Shown: positions 20,784 through 29,631 of the stretch, piece after piece
Layout of the letters: each line of letters begins with the position of its first letter
How positions within the stretch are numbered: position 1 is the stretch's first letter
From: Vibrio vulnificus CMCP6
GTDB lineage: Bacteria > Pseudomonadota > Gammaproteobacteria > Enterobacterales > Vibrionaceae
Direction of reading: 5' to 3'
Length of the DNA stretch: 32,000 nucleotides
Assembly (NCBI RefSeq): GCF_000039765.1
Contig: NC_004459.3
Span: 1,969,126-2,001,125, forward strand
Notes under the pieces: model-generated
Database searches by the model: none
What the model was told of the DNA's origin: nothing
What the model saw: only the letters and a program-made list of their open reading frames with translations
Program-made: the position numbers and the translations under genes

Positions 20784-21710
20784 ATGAGTTGGCTTGAAAA
20801 GATTTTAGAAAAAAGCAACATCGTAAGCTCACGTAAAGCGTCTATCCCTGAGGGTGTGTGGACGAAATGTACTTCATGTGAGCAAGTTCTGTATCACGCG
20901 GAGCTTGAGCGTAATCTTGAGGTGTGTCCTAAGTGTAATCACCACATGCGTATGAAAGCGCGTCGTCGTCTAGAAACGTTTTTGGACGAAGGCAATCGCG
21001 TGGAGCTAGGTGGTGAACTTGAGCCGCAAGATAAACTGAAGTTTAAAGACTCTAAGCGTTATAAAGAGCGTATCGCAGCGGCGCAGAAGAGCAGCGGTGA
21101 GAAAGACGCCCTTGTTGCGATGAAAGGTGAATTGCTAGGCATGCCTATTGTCGCTTGTGCGTTTGAATTCTCATTTATGGGTGGTTCAATGGGCTCTGTT
21201 GTCGGTGCGCGTTTCGTACGTGCGGTTGAAGCGGCAATGGAAAACAACTGCGCGCTGGTATGTTTCTCAGCAAGTGGTGGTGCACGCATGCAAGAGGCTC
21301 TGATGTCTCTCATGCAAATGGCAAAAACCAGTGCGGCGTTAGAGCGTCTATCTGCGAAAGGTCTGCCGTTTATCTCTGTGATGACCGACCCAACCATGGG
21401 TGGTGTTTCAGCGAGTTTAGCGATGCTTGGCGACATTAATATCGGTGAGCCGAAAGCGCTGATCGGTTTTGCTGGTCGCCGTGTTATCGAGCAAACCGTA
21501 CGTGAAGATTTGCCTGAAGGCTTCCAGCGCAGTGAGTTCCTACTTGAGCACGGTGCCATCGATATGATCGTCGATCGCCGTGAAATGCGTCAGCGCGTTG
21601 GTGGTTTGATCGCCAAGCTGACCAATCACAAGTCGCCTCTCGTTGTTTCTGTGAACGATTCACCAAATGAAGCGGCATATTCTGTACCAGAAGCGAACGA
21701 AAAAGGGTAA
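20784..21710 (+). CDS. accD: Acetyl-CoA carboxylase carboxyltransferase subunit beta AccD
   Basis: 308 aa; zinc finger [23 protein letters not shown]; [25 protein letters not shown]. Confidence 0.97.
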   Translation: MSWLEKILEKSNIVSSRKASIPEGVWTKCTSCEQVLYHAELERNLEVCPKCNHHMRMKARRRLETFLDEGNRVELGGELEPQDKLKFKDSKRYKERIAAAQKSSGEKDALVAMKGELLGMPIVACAFEFSFMGGSMGSVVGARFVRAVEAAMENNCALVCFSASGGARMQEALMSLMQMAKTSAALERLSAKGLPFISVMTDPTMGGVSASLAMLGDINIGEPKALIGFAGRRVIEQTVREDLPEGFQRSEFLLEHGAIDMIVDRREMRQRVGGLIAKLTNHKSPLVVSVNDSPNEAAYSVPEANEKG

Positions 21711-21754
21711 AGTAGCCTCTAACAAACAACCAAGTCTTTGATGGTTATCGTTAG

Positions 21755-23020
21755 ATGAAACAAAACTCTATTCCACAAGCCACATCCCCTATGGCGGTGT
21801 GGCTTGATTATTTAGCCAACATACACACTTCTGCCATTGATCTTGGCCTAGACCGAGTTCAAGCTGTTGCTCTCAAAGCAAACCTCACCAAACCTGCACC
21901 TACTGTGATCACTGTTGCTGGCACGAACGGCAAGGGTTCAACTTGTGCGTTAATGGAAGCGATCTTACTTGATGCTGGATATTCCGTTGGCGTGTACAGC
22001 TCGCCACACTTAATTCGTTATAACGAACGAGTCCGCATTAATGGTCAAGATCTTGCGGACGAAAAGCACTGTGAAGCGTTTGATTTCATTGAGCAACAAC
22101 GTGGTGATATCAGCCTAAGCTTGTTTGAGTATGGAACGCTGGCTGCATTACGCTTGTTCCAAACGGAAAAGGTCGATGTGGTTCTTTTGGAAGTTGGGCT
22201 GGGCGGGCGATTGGACGCCACCAACGTGGTGGATCACGATGTCTCAGTGATCACTAGCTTGGCGCTTGACCACGTAGATTGGCTCGGAGATGACATTAAC
22301 GTTATCGGTTTTGAGAAAGCGGGCATTTATCGTAGTGGTAAGCCAGCTATTTGTGGCCAACCAACGCCTCCGTCAACCGTTGCCGCACATGCAGACGATA
22401 TTGGCGCAGAGTTTTACCAAGTCGGTATTCAGTTTGACTATCAGCTTTCTGGCGAAGGTTGGCGCTGGCAGCATGGTGCTTTCGCATTGGAAGATTTGCC
22501 TCTCCCAGGTTTGCCTTTGCCAAATGCCGCAACCGCGTTAATGGCGCTAGGTGCCTCCAATCTTGAACTGAGCGATATCAACATCGTCAACGGACTAAAA
22601 AACGCTAAGTTAGCGGGTCGAATGCAGGTGTTGCAGACAGCGCCGTTAATTCTTTTGGATGTGGCGCATAATCCTCATTCCGCGGAATATTTAGTGACTC
22701 AGCTTCAGTCTCGCTACCAAGGCAAAACCATCCATGCGGTGATTGGCATGTTGAAGGATAAAGACATCAAATCCACGCTAGAAGTTTTAGCGCCCGTGAC
22801 ACGCCATTGGTACCCTGCCTCGCTGACAGGACCAAGAGCCGCGACAGCAGAAGAATTGATTCAATATTTGCCGCAAGGCACACAAAGTTATACCGATCCA
22901 GCACACGCTTTTGACCAAGCACTGTCACAAGCTCAATCTGATGAGATAGTGTTAGTGGTTGGCTCTTTCCACACCGTGGGTGAAGTGTTGGAGCATTGGC
23001 AACAAAACAAAGGTAATTAA
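21755..23020 (+). CDS. folC: Bifunctional dihydrofolate/folylpolyglutamate synthase FolC
   Basis: 421 aa; VAGTNGKGSTCALMEAILLDAGYSVGVYSSPHL; LDVAHNPHSAEYL. Confidence 0.96.
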   Translation: MKQNSIPQATSPMAVWLDYLANIHTSAIDLGLDRVQAVALKANLTKPAPTVITVAGTNGKGSTCALMEAILLDAGYSVGVYSSPHLIRYNERVRINGQDLADEKHCEAFDFIEQQRGDISLSLFEYGTLAALRLFQTEKVDVVLLEVGLGGRLDATNVVDHDVSVITSLALDHVDWLGDDINVIGFEKAGIYRSGKPAICGQPTPPSTVAAHADDIGAEFYQVGIQFDYQLSGEGWRWQHGAFALEDLPLPGLPLPNAATALMALGASNLELSDINIVNGLKNAKLAGRMQVLQTAPLILLDVAHNPHSAEYLVTQLQSRYQGKTIHAVIGMLKDKDIKSTLEVLAPVTRHWYPASLTGPRAATAEELIQYLPQGTQSYTDPAHAFDQALSQAQSDEIVLVVGSFHTVGEVLEHWQQNKGN

Positions 23021-23584
23021 ATGGCAAGTAAGTTCCAAAGCCGTCTGGTGGGGACCATTATCTTGGTCGCTATCGGCGTGATAGTGCTTCCTGATGTCCT
23101 CGATGGCCAGAAGCTTCACTATAAAGAAGAGTTTGCCACCATTCCGATCAAACCGGAATTGAGCAACGAGGTAGAGAGTTTTGAAATTCTTGAGCCCGTA
23201 GAAGACGACATCAAGCTACCAGAGTCTCCTGTGGTCGCGACGGTGGGGCAGTCTGTGTCAACGTCAAGTGAAACGCAACAAAGCCAAACAAAACCGAAAT
23301 CTGTTGAAGTCAAAATCAACGAGGTCGCAGAAAAGAATAACTACGAAGATTCAGCATGGATCATTCAGTTAATGGCACTGCGTAATGAAGAGAACGCGCA
23401 GAACATGGCGAAGGATTTGCAGAAACGCGGTTATCAAGCGCATACCATCAAAGAAAATGGTTTTACTCGAGTTGTAATTGGTCCTGATGTGTCAAAAAGT
23501 AAACTTGAAAGACAAGTCGTGGAATTGGAAAAAATTACCGGTTCCAAAGGTCAATTGCTCAAATTTAAACCACTAAACCCATAA
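23021..23584 (+). CDS. dedD: SPOR-domain cell division protein DedD
   Basis: 187 aa; N-terminal MASKFQSRLVGTIILVAIGVIVLPDVLDG membrane anchor, C-terminal SPOR domain (AWIIQLMALRNEENAQNMAKDLQKRGYQAH); start directly follows the folC stop. Confidence 0.93.
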   Translation: MASKFQSRLVGTIILVAIGVIVLPDVLDGQKLHYKEEFATIPIKPELSNEVESFEILEPVEDDIKLPESPVVATVGQSVSTSSETQQSQTKPKSVEVKINEVAEKNNYEDSAWIIQLMALRNEENAQNMAKDLQKRGYQAHTIKENGFTRVVIGPDVSKSKLERQVVELEKITGSKGQLLKFKPLNP

Positions 23585-23598
23585 GAAAACGTTTGCGT
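23583..23598 (-). promoter_or_regulatory. Predicted PurR operator upstream of cvpA-purF
   Basis: Reverse complement reads ACGCAAACGTTTTCTT, matching the E. coli PurR consensus ACGCAAACGTTTNCNT as recalled. Confidence 0.85.
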
Positions 23599-23619
23599 CA
23601 GCATTTTTTCTGTTAAAAT
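23593..23619 (+). promoter_or_regulatory. Possible sigma70 promoter for cvpA-purF overlapping the PurR box
   Basis: TTGCGT - 15 nt - TAAAAT; the -35 region overlaps the PurR box; spacing is slightly short. Confidence 0.45.
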
Positions 23620-23645
23620 GCGCGCCAACTTAAGATGAAGAAAAC

Positions 23646-24137
23646 ATGAATTGGTTAGATTTTGTCATTTTAGGTGTGATCGGATTTTCAGCTCTGATCA
23701 GTTTAGTTCGCGGTTTTGCGAAAGAAGCATTGTCATTGGTGATTTGGTTTGGAGCCTTTTTTATCTCCAGTAACTATTACACCAAACTCGCGGTGTATTT
23801 CACCAATATCGAAGATGACATGTTTCGAAACGGAGCCGCAATCGCGGCATTGTTTGTCGCGACCTTGGTAGTTGGTGCAGTGGTCAATTATGTCATTGCT
23901 CAACTAGTACAAAAAACAGGGCTTTCAGGCACAGACCGAATTTTGGGTGTGGTGTTTGGCGGTTTACGTGGGGTGCTAATTGTCTCTGCGGTGCTGTTTT
24001 TTATGGATGCTTTTACGGCATTCCCAAGTTCGGAGTGGTGGAAGAGTTCGCAACTGGTCCCTGAGTTCAGTCGAATCATTGCCCCATTCTTCGAGCATTT
24101 ACAAGCAACATCGAGTTTTTTGTCTGGCACTCTCTAG
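23646..24137 (+). CDS. cvpA: Colicin V production/CvpA family membrane protein
   Basis: 163 aa; MNWLDFVILGVIGFSALISLVRGFAKEALSLVIW; directly upstream of purF. Confidence 0.95.
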   Translation: MNWLDFVILGVIGFSALISLVRGFAKEALSLVIWFGAFFISSNYYTKLAVYFTNIEDDMFRNGAAIAALFVATLVVGAVVNYVIAQLVQKTGLSGTDRILGVVFGGLRGVLIVSAVLFFMDAFTAFPSSEWWKSSQLVPEFSRIIAPFFEHLQATSSFLSGTL

Positions 24138-24173
24138 CGGTGCCAGCTACTGTCGCAAATCGAGGATTAGGAC

Positions 24174-25688
24174 ATGTGTGGTATTGTTGGAATCGTGGGC
24201 ACAACCCCTGTAAACCAGTCAATTTATGACGCGTTAACAGTGTTACAGCATCGTGGCCAAGATGCCGCTGGTATTTGTACCATAGAAAGCAATCGTTTTC
24301 GTCTGCGTAAGGCAAACGGTCTGGTCAAAGATGTGTTTGAAGCAAAACACATGCAACGTCTTCAAGGCAACGTCGGCATTGGTCATGTACGCTATCCAAC
24401 GGCCGGTAGTTCAAGTGCTTCAGAAGCACAGCCTTTCTACGTTAACTCGCCATTTGGCATTAGCTTAGCGCACAACGGCAACCTGACTAACGCGCATGAA
24501 GTTCGTCAGAAATTGTTCGAAAAAGATCGCCGCCATGTGAATACCACCTCAGACTCCGAAGTTCTTCTTAACGTTCTTGCTCATGAAATTGATACAGTAA
24601 AAGGCAACGTTACTGCCGATGATGTCTTCCGAGCCATCGCCAATGTCCATCGTACCATTCGTGGTGCTTACGCCGTTACAGCGATGATCATTGGTCACGG
24701 TATGATTGCCTTTCGCGACCCACATGGTATTCGTCCACTTTGCTTAGGTAAGCGCGAAGAGAACGGACAAACGGAATACATGGTGGCGTCAGAATCAGTA
24801 GCGCTGGATGCGGTTGGCTTTGATTTTGTGCGTGACGTCGCACCAGGTGAAGCGATTTACGCGACTTTTGACGGTGAACTCTTTACCAAGCAGTGCGCTG
24901 ACAATCCAAAACTCAACCCGTGCATTTTTGAGTTCGTTTACTTTGCACGTCCAGATTCGTTTATCGACAAAATCTCTGTTTATAGTGCACGAGTCGAAAT
25001 GGGTAAAAAGTTGGGTGAGCGTATTAAAGAAGAGTACGCCGATCTTGATATTGACGTTGTCATTCCCATTCCAGAGACCTCTTGTGATATCGCACTGCAA
25101 ATTGCTCAAGCGATTGATAAGCCGTACCGCCAAGGGTTTGTTAAAAACCGCTATGTCGGCCGTACCTTTATCATGCCGGGCCAGCAATTGCGTAAAAAAT
25201 CGGTACGTCGCAAGCTCAATGCCATTCGCTCTGAATTCAAAGATAAGAATGTACTGTTAGTGGACGACTCAATTGTACGTGGAACCACTTCTGAGCAAAT
25301 TATCGAAATGGCAAGAGACTCAGGCGCTAAGAAAGTGTTTATTGTCTCTGCTGCACCCGAGGTGCGTTTCCCGAACGTTTACGGCATTGATATGCCAAGT
25401 GCGACTGAGCTTATTGCGCATGGACGAGATAACGAGACGATCTGTAAGCTGATTGGTGCTGACGCGCTGATTTTCCAAAAACTGGAAGATTTAGTGGATG
25501 CGGTGGGCTTAGGTAACCTTGATATTACCAAGTTTGATACTTCGGTGTTTAACGGCGAATACGTGACGGGGGATATTGATCAGCAATACCTCGATTTCCT
25601 AGATTCGATGCGTAACGATGATGCAAAGGTTCAGCGCGAGATTCAACAAGATCTGGCTAACCTAGAGTTGCATAACGAAGGTGCGTAA
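24174..25688 (+). CDS. purF: Amidophosphoribosyltransferase PurF
   Basis: 504 aa; MCGIVGIVG with catalytic Cys; PRPP motif [18 protein letters not shown]. Confidence 0.98.
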   Translation: MCGIVGIVGTTPVNQSIYDALTVLQHRGQDAAGICTIESNRFRLRKANGLVKDVFEAKHMQRLQGNVGIGHVRYPTAGSSSASEAQPFYVNSPFGISLAHNGNLTNAHEVRQKLFEKDRRHVNTTSDSEVLLNVLAHEIDTVKGNVTADDVFRAIANVHRTIRGAYAVTAMIIGHGMIAFRDPHGIRPLCLGKREENGQTEYMVASESVALDAVGFDFVRDVAPGEAIYATFDGELFTKQCADNPKLNPCIFEFVYFARPDSFIDKISVYSARVEMGKKLGERIKEEYADLDIDVVIPIPETSCDIALQIAQAIDKPYRQGFVKNRYVGRTFIMPGQQLRKKSVRRKLNAIRSEFKDKNVLLVDDSIVRGTTSEQIIEMARDSGAKKVFIVSAAPEVRFPNVYGIDMPSATELIAHGRDNETICKLIGADALIFQKLEDLVDAVGLGNLDITKFDTSVFNGEYVTGDIDQQYLDFLDSMRNDDAKVQREIQQDLANLELHNEGA

Positions 25689-25723
25689 TCGACACCGGAG
25701 TTCAGGGTTAAGATAAGACAAAT

Positions 25724-25755
25724 AAAAACCAGAGCTTTTCTGCTCTGGTTTTTTT
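25724..25755 (+). terminator. Rho-independent terminator after purF, possibly bidirectional with the lysR-type gene
   Basis: aaaaaccagagc ttttct gctctggttttttt. Confidence 0.9.
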
Positions 25756-25792
25756 GTGCTCGAAATAACCTCTGTGGTTACGCGCTACATCG

Positions 25793-26668
25793 TTAGTGGA
25801 TGTTATAAGCAATCACGTAGTCGATAAACAAACGCACTTTTTCGGGTAAGTGATCTTTGTGATTGTAGAGCATATAAATATCGCGTGGGTTTGCACTCCA
25901 GTCAGGCAGAATACGCACTAGGCTGCCATCGGCGATATACTCTTTTATCATCACGTCTGGCATGAGAGTGATGCCTAGCCCTTCTGAGCACGCGCTACGT
26001 ACCACATTCAGTGCGTTGGCTTGAAAGCGACCACGATCAACGTTAACAACGGTTTCGCCTTTGCTGTTGATTAATGTCCACTTCAACAGCGGGTGGCCTT
26101 TGAGTAGGAAGTGGTCGTGCAGATCTTCAGCATGAGTTGGCATTGGGTGAGCGTTTACGTACTCAGGGCTAGCCACCAAAATATCTTTCACTGAACCAAT
26201 TTTACGCGCGATAAGGCTTGAATCTCTTTGTGGTCCTACGCGGAAAATGACATCCCATTCGGTTGGGTCAAGTTGATCAGCGTTACTCTCTGTAGTGAGT
26301 TCAATGTTGATTTCTGGATACTGACTCATAAAACCGTTCAACATTGGCATCATCATGCGCTTGGTGAGATTGTAGGGCGTTGAAATCTTGATTTTGCCAG
26401 ACGCACCACGACATTCATCGGTAATTTCTTCGGCTGTGTTTGTGAGTCTTTGCAGTAAAGGAGAGCATTCACGGAAAAAGCGTTCTCCCGCTTCTGTCAG
26501 TGATAATTTACGTGCATGGCGATTGAGAAGGCGCAAGTTCACCGCATCTTCCAAAGCTTGTATGCGTCGGGTGATGGTCGCCACGGGGATCATGGTCTTA
26601 CGTGAAGTTGCGGTGTAGCTCCCATTTTCAACAACGAGTCTGAACAGGTTGAGATCGTCTAATTTCAT
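25793..26668 (-). CDS. LysR-family transcriptional regulator
   Basis: MKLDDLNLFRLVVENGSYTATSRKTMIPVATITRRIQALEDAVNLRLLNRHARKLSLTEAGERF (LysR wHTH). ATG at 26668 is preceded by AGGA; a GTG at 26680 is an alternative start (295 aa). Confidence 0.93.
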   Translation of the reverse strand: MKLDDLNLFRLVVENGSYTATSRKTMIPVATITRRIQALEDAVNLRLLNRHARKLSLTEAGERFFRECSPLLQRLTNTAEEITDECRGASGKIKISTPYNLTKRMMMPMLNGFMSQYPEINIELTTESNADQLDPTEWDVIFRVGPQRDSSLIARKIGSVKDILVASPEYVNAHPMPTHAEDLHDHFLLKGHPLLKWTLINSKGETVVNVDRGRFQANALNVVRSACSEGLGITLMPDVMIKEYIADGSLVRILPDWSANPRDIYMLYNHKDHLPEKVRLFIDYVIAYNIH

Positions 26669-26946
26669 ATTTCCTGACACATCTATTTACCAAATAGGCC
26701 TAATTTAGCGCTAACTTTGCGATGAAAGTTTGCTTCATGTCAACAGGTCGCACGATTTGTGATCAGCATACATCTAGTAGCAAACTCTGATATAAAGTGG
26801 AATATTTGTATAAATGGCTTTTTACAGCTACGTTTTATTACAGAGCAGAGTGGGTGCAGAGCACAGGAAGTGGCCCGTCTGTGATAAGTAAACTACAAAA
26901 ATAATAACATTGATAACCACTTTGACTGAGTGTGTGAGGTGAAGCT

Positions 26947-28053
26947 ATGTACAAGACTCACAGTCAAACGGCAATGACCTCGGCAAGGGAAGCGGTACAA
27001 CCAAAGTTAATACAACTGGTTGATGATGATCCGATCTTTCGCCGAATTACCAGTGCCTATCTCGAAAGTCAGGGATATAAAGTCGTTGAGTCAGAAAACG
27101 GTTTGCAAGCCCTTCAGCAGTTACGTGAATGCGATCCTGATATCGTATTATGTGATTTGTCCATGCCCGTGTTAGACGGAATAGAATTTGTCGAGGAGGT
27201 CAGTCTCGAGTACCCCTCCTTACCTTTGATCGTGGTTTCCGCAACAGGAGAGATGTCCGATGTTGCCAAAGCGCTGCGTTTTGGGATTAAAGATTTCTTA
27301 CCCAAACCAATTGGAGATTATCAACACCTAGCGGAAGCGATTGAGAATACATTGGAAGATTCGATGAACCATATGTCGGATCAACGCGATTTTTCCAGCC
27401 AGTGGTTTCGAGTCGATGGCGGCGGAGAGTTGCCCGACGAGCAGGAGCTTCACTGGCATTTAAACTATTTGGAAGATAACCCCAATTCGGCAAGAGACTT
27501 ACTCCACGCTTTGCTGCCAGACAAAGATACGTCGCAGGGCGATTGGAAGTTTTCTTATAAGTTGCTGCAATCGACCGACATGATGCCGCTCGTGTTTGAT
27601 TACCGTTGGTTGATGAATGGCCAGTTTGCGTTTTACCTCGTCGATTCGGCTTCGGTAGAAAAGCAAGGTGTCGCCACTGCCTTGTTGATACGCGCTTTGT
27701 TTGATGATTACTTACGTAATCTAAAAAGCTTTAGCGCCGACTTAAAAGATATTGTAGAAATCCTAGAGCGGGGCATTCGTTATTCGGATTGTGCGTGCCC
27801 GGTTAATGCGCTATTTGGCATTGCGGATTTGGTGGATGGAAGTGTTGAAATTTTACCTGCGGGGCTAGACAGTCAGTGGTCAACGGGGTTCATCAATCAG
27901 CATATTGCTGCTGGAAACCGTCTAGGTCACAACAGTTTAAAAAACTTCATCACCCGTGATCTCAATATAGGTAGCGGCAGTCAACTGACACTAGGCTGTT
28001 TAGGCTCCGCCAGCTTCAGTTTGAATATCATCAAAGGCAGTAAAGTGAGCTGA
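26947..28053 (+). CDS. RssB-like response regulator: REC domain plus a C-terminal region resembling a degenerate PP2C-type output domain
   Basis: 368 aa; REC motifs LVDDDPIFRR, DIVLCDLSMPVLDG, IVVSATGE, KPIG; SD GAGGTGAAG before ATG. RssB assignment is by overall architecture only. Confidence 0.75.
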   Translation: MYKTHSQTAMTSAREAVQPKLIQLVDDDPIFRRITSAYLESQGYKVVESENGLQALQQLRECDPDIVLCDLSMPVLDGIEFVEEVSLEYPSLPLIVVSATGEMSDVAKALRFGIKDFLPKPIGDYQHLAEAIENTLEDSMNHMSDQRDFSSQWFRVDGGGELPDEQELHWHLNYLEDNPNSARDLLHALLPDKDTSQGDWKFSYKLLQSTDMMPLVFDYRWLMNGQFAFYLVDSASVEKQGVATALLIRALFDDYLRNLKSFSADLKDIVEILERGIRYSDCACPVNALFGIADLVDGSVEILPAGLDSQWSTGFINQHIAAGNRLGHNSLKNFITRDLNIGSGSQLTLGCLGSASFSLNIIKGSKVS

Positions 28054-28365
28054 CGATACTTCACGTAATATCGCCGCCATGAGCGGCGATATTCTTGTCC
28101 GCGTGAGGGGGACTTGGCAATAGAGCGGCTTTCCATTTCTCCATTCTTTTGTTTGTTGATTCCTCTATTTTCTTTAGAGGGTGTTGGTTTTCTTTCTACA
28201 AAATCGCAAATTTATCAATTACCCCTACTTTTGCTCGGTGTTTAGACCGTTGGCTTTGCGGTATATTGGCGGCGAAAACAATAATGAACCATTTTCTTAA
28301 CCATTGGTTAACTCTTTTGGGGTAGAAAACGTAAAGAAAGTTATCAGCACAAGAGTAGAAGCATC

Positions 28366-28497
28366 ATGGCAGACAAAGATTTTAAAGAGCCCTATAATCT
28401 GTTTTATTTTCTTGGTTTTATCGCAGTTCTTTTAATTCCAACTTTACCTGCGACATTAACCTGGATTCGTGTACTTAACGGTTACGCGGGTTTCTAA
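28366..28497 (+). CDS. Unlisted 43-aa small membrane protein
   Basis: ATG...TAA ORF below the track's size cut: MADKDFKEPYNLFYFLGFIAVLLIPTLPATLTWIRVLNGYAGF; one clear hydrophobic helix; 22 nt upstream of the ybaN-like gene. Confidence 0.65.
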   Translation: MADKDFKEPYNLFYFLGFIAVLLIPTLPATLTWIRVLNGYAGF

Positions 28498-28519
28498 GCA
28501 TTAATATCGGGAGTTCACC

Positions 28520-28912
28520 ATCCGTATTCGACGTTTATTTCTCAATATAGTTGGTGGACTCAGTTTATGCCTTGGTATTGCAGGCATTGTCCTTCCTCTG
28601 CTCCCAACCACGCCTTTTATCCTGCTAGCGAGCGCCTGTTTTTTACGTTCTAGCCCGCGATTTCATCATTGGTTACACAGCCACAAAACCTTTGGTCCGG
28701 TACTGGACAATTGGCAACAAAATCGTGCTGTGACGCGTCGCGTTAAACAGCGTGCTATCTTGTTTATTCTGCTGAGCTTCTCTGTTTCTATCTGGATCGC
28801 GCCACTCATGTGGCTAAAGATTGCACTAATGTTTGGTTTAATCGTTTTGCTTGGCATTTTTGTCCGCCTCCCTGTGAGCGACTCGGTTGCCGCGCGACGG
28901 GAAACTGACTAG
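28520..28912 (+). CDS. YbaN-like DUF454 inner membrane protein with apparent non-AUG start (ATC 28520 or ATT 28526)
   Basis: Frame open from TAA 28502-28504 to TAG 28910-28912: ..IRIRRLFLNIVGGLSLCLGIAGIVLPLLPTTPFILLASACFLRSSPRFHHWLHSHKTFGPVLDNWQQNRAVTRRVKQRAILFILLSFSVSIWIAPLMWLKI. VLPxLPTTPFILLA is the DUF454 hallmark. GGGAG SD at 28509-28513. Confidence 0.8.
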   Translation: MRIRRLFLNIVGGLSLCLGIAGIVLPLLPTTPFILLASACFLRSSPRFHHWLHSHKTFGPVLDNWQQNRAVTRRVKQRAILFILLSFSVSIWIAPLMWLKIALMFGLIVLLGIFVRLPVSDSVAARRETD

Positions 28913-28930
28913 AATTGGGAAGAAAAGTGC

Positions 28931-28960
28931 GCCCACTCTTCGAGTGGGCATTTTGTTTTT
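28931..28960 (+). terminator. Rho-independent terminator after the ybaN-like gene
   Basis: gcccactc ttc gagtgggc attttgttttt. Confidence 0.85.
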
Positions 28961-29077
28961 AGCGTTACAGAGAATGTTCGACGTCAGCCCTGTAACGATG
29001 AGTACCACCTGTTCTAAGCCCTCATAATAGCGTGACAAAAAGAGAGGGCGATGAGCCAATCTAAGTAAATCGATATT

Positions 29078-29623
29078 ATGACTACAAACACCATTGCACA
29101 GATCCAAGCCAGTATTAAAAGCATCCCAGATTACCCGAAACCAGGTATCCTGTTTCGCGATGTGACCAGCCTTCTAGAAGACGCTCAGGCGTACCAGGCA
29201 ACCATCCAATTGTTGGTTGATAAGTACAAAGACATGGGGTTCACCAAAGTGGTGGGTACTGAAGCGCGTGGTTTCCTATTTGGTGCACCGCTTGCGTTGC
29301 AATTAGGTGTGGGCTTTGTACCTGTACGTAAGCCGGGTAAACTGCCTCGCAACACCATCGCACAATCATACGAACTTGAGTACGGTGTTGATACACTGGA
29401 AATCCATACGGATGCGATTGTTGAAGGTGACAAAGTTTTAGTGGTTGATGACTTGCTTGCGACAGGCGGCACCATTGAAGCGACAACCAAACTGATTCGT
29501 CAGCTTGGCGGTGTGGTTGAGCATGCAGCGTTTGTTATCAATCTACCTGAAATTGGTGGCGACAAGCGTTTGGAAGGTCTTGGCCTTAACGTTTACAGCA
29601 TCTGTGAATTCGAAGGACACTAA
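29078..29623 (+). CDS. apt: Adenine phosphoribosyltransferase
   Basis: 181 aa; [21 protein letters not shown]; PRPP motif [16 protein letters not shown]. Confidence 0.97.
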   Translation: MTTNTIAQIQASIKSIPDYPKPGILFRDVTSLLEDAQAYQATIQLLVDKYKDMGFTKVVGTEARGFLFGAPLALQLGVGFVPVRKPGKLPRNTIAQSYELEYGVDTLEIHTDAIVEGDKVLVVDDLLATGGTIEATTKLIRQLGGVVEHAAFVINLPEIGGDKRLEGLGLNVYSICEFEGH

Positions 29624-29631
29624 TTAAGTCA

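Noticed and set aside
28176-28196. cctcta-ttttct-tagagg mini-hairpin
   Set aside because: Short AU-rich stem without T-run or conserved context; weak evidence.
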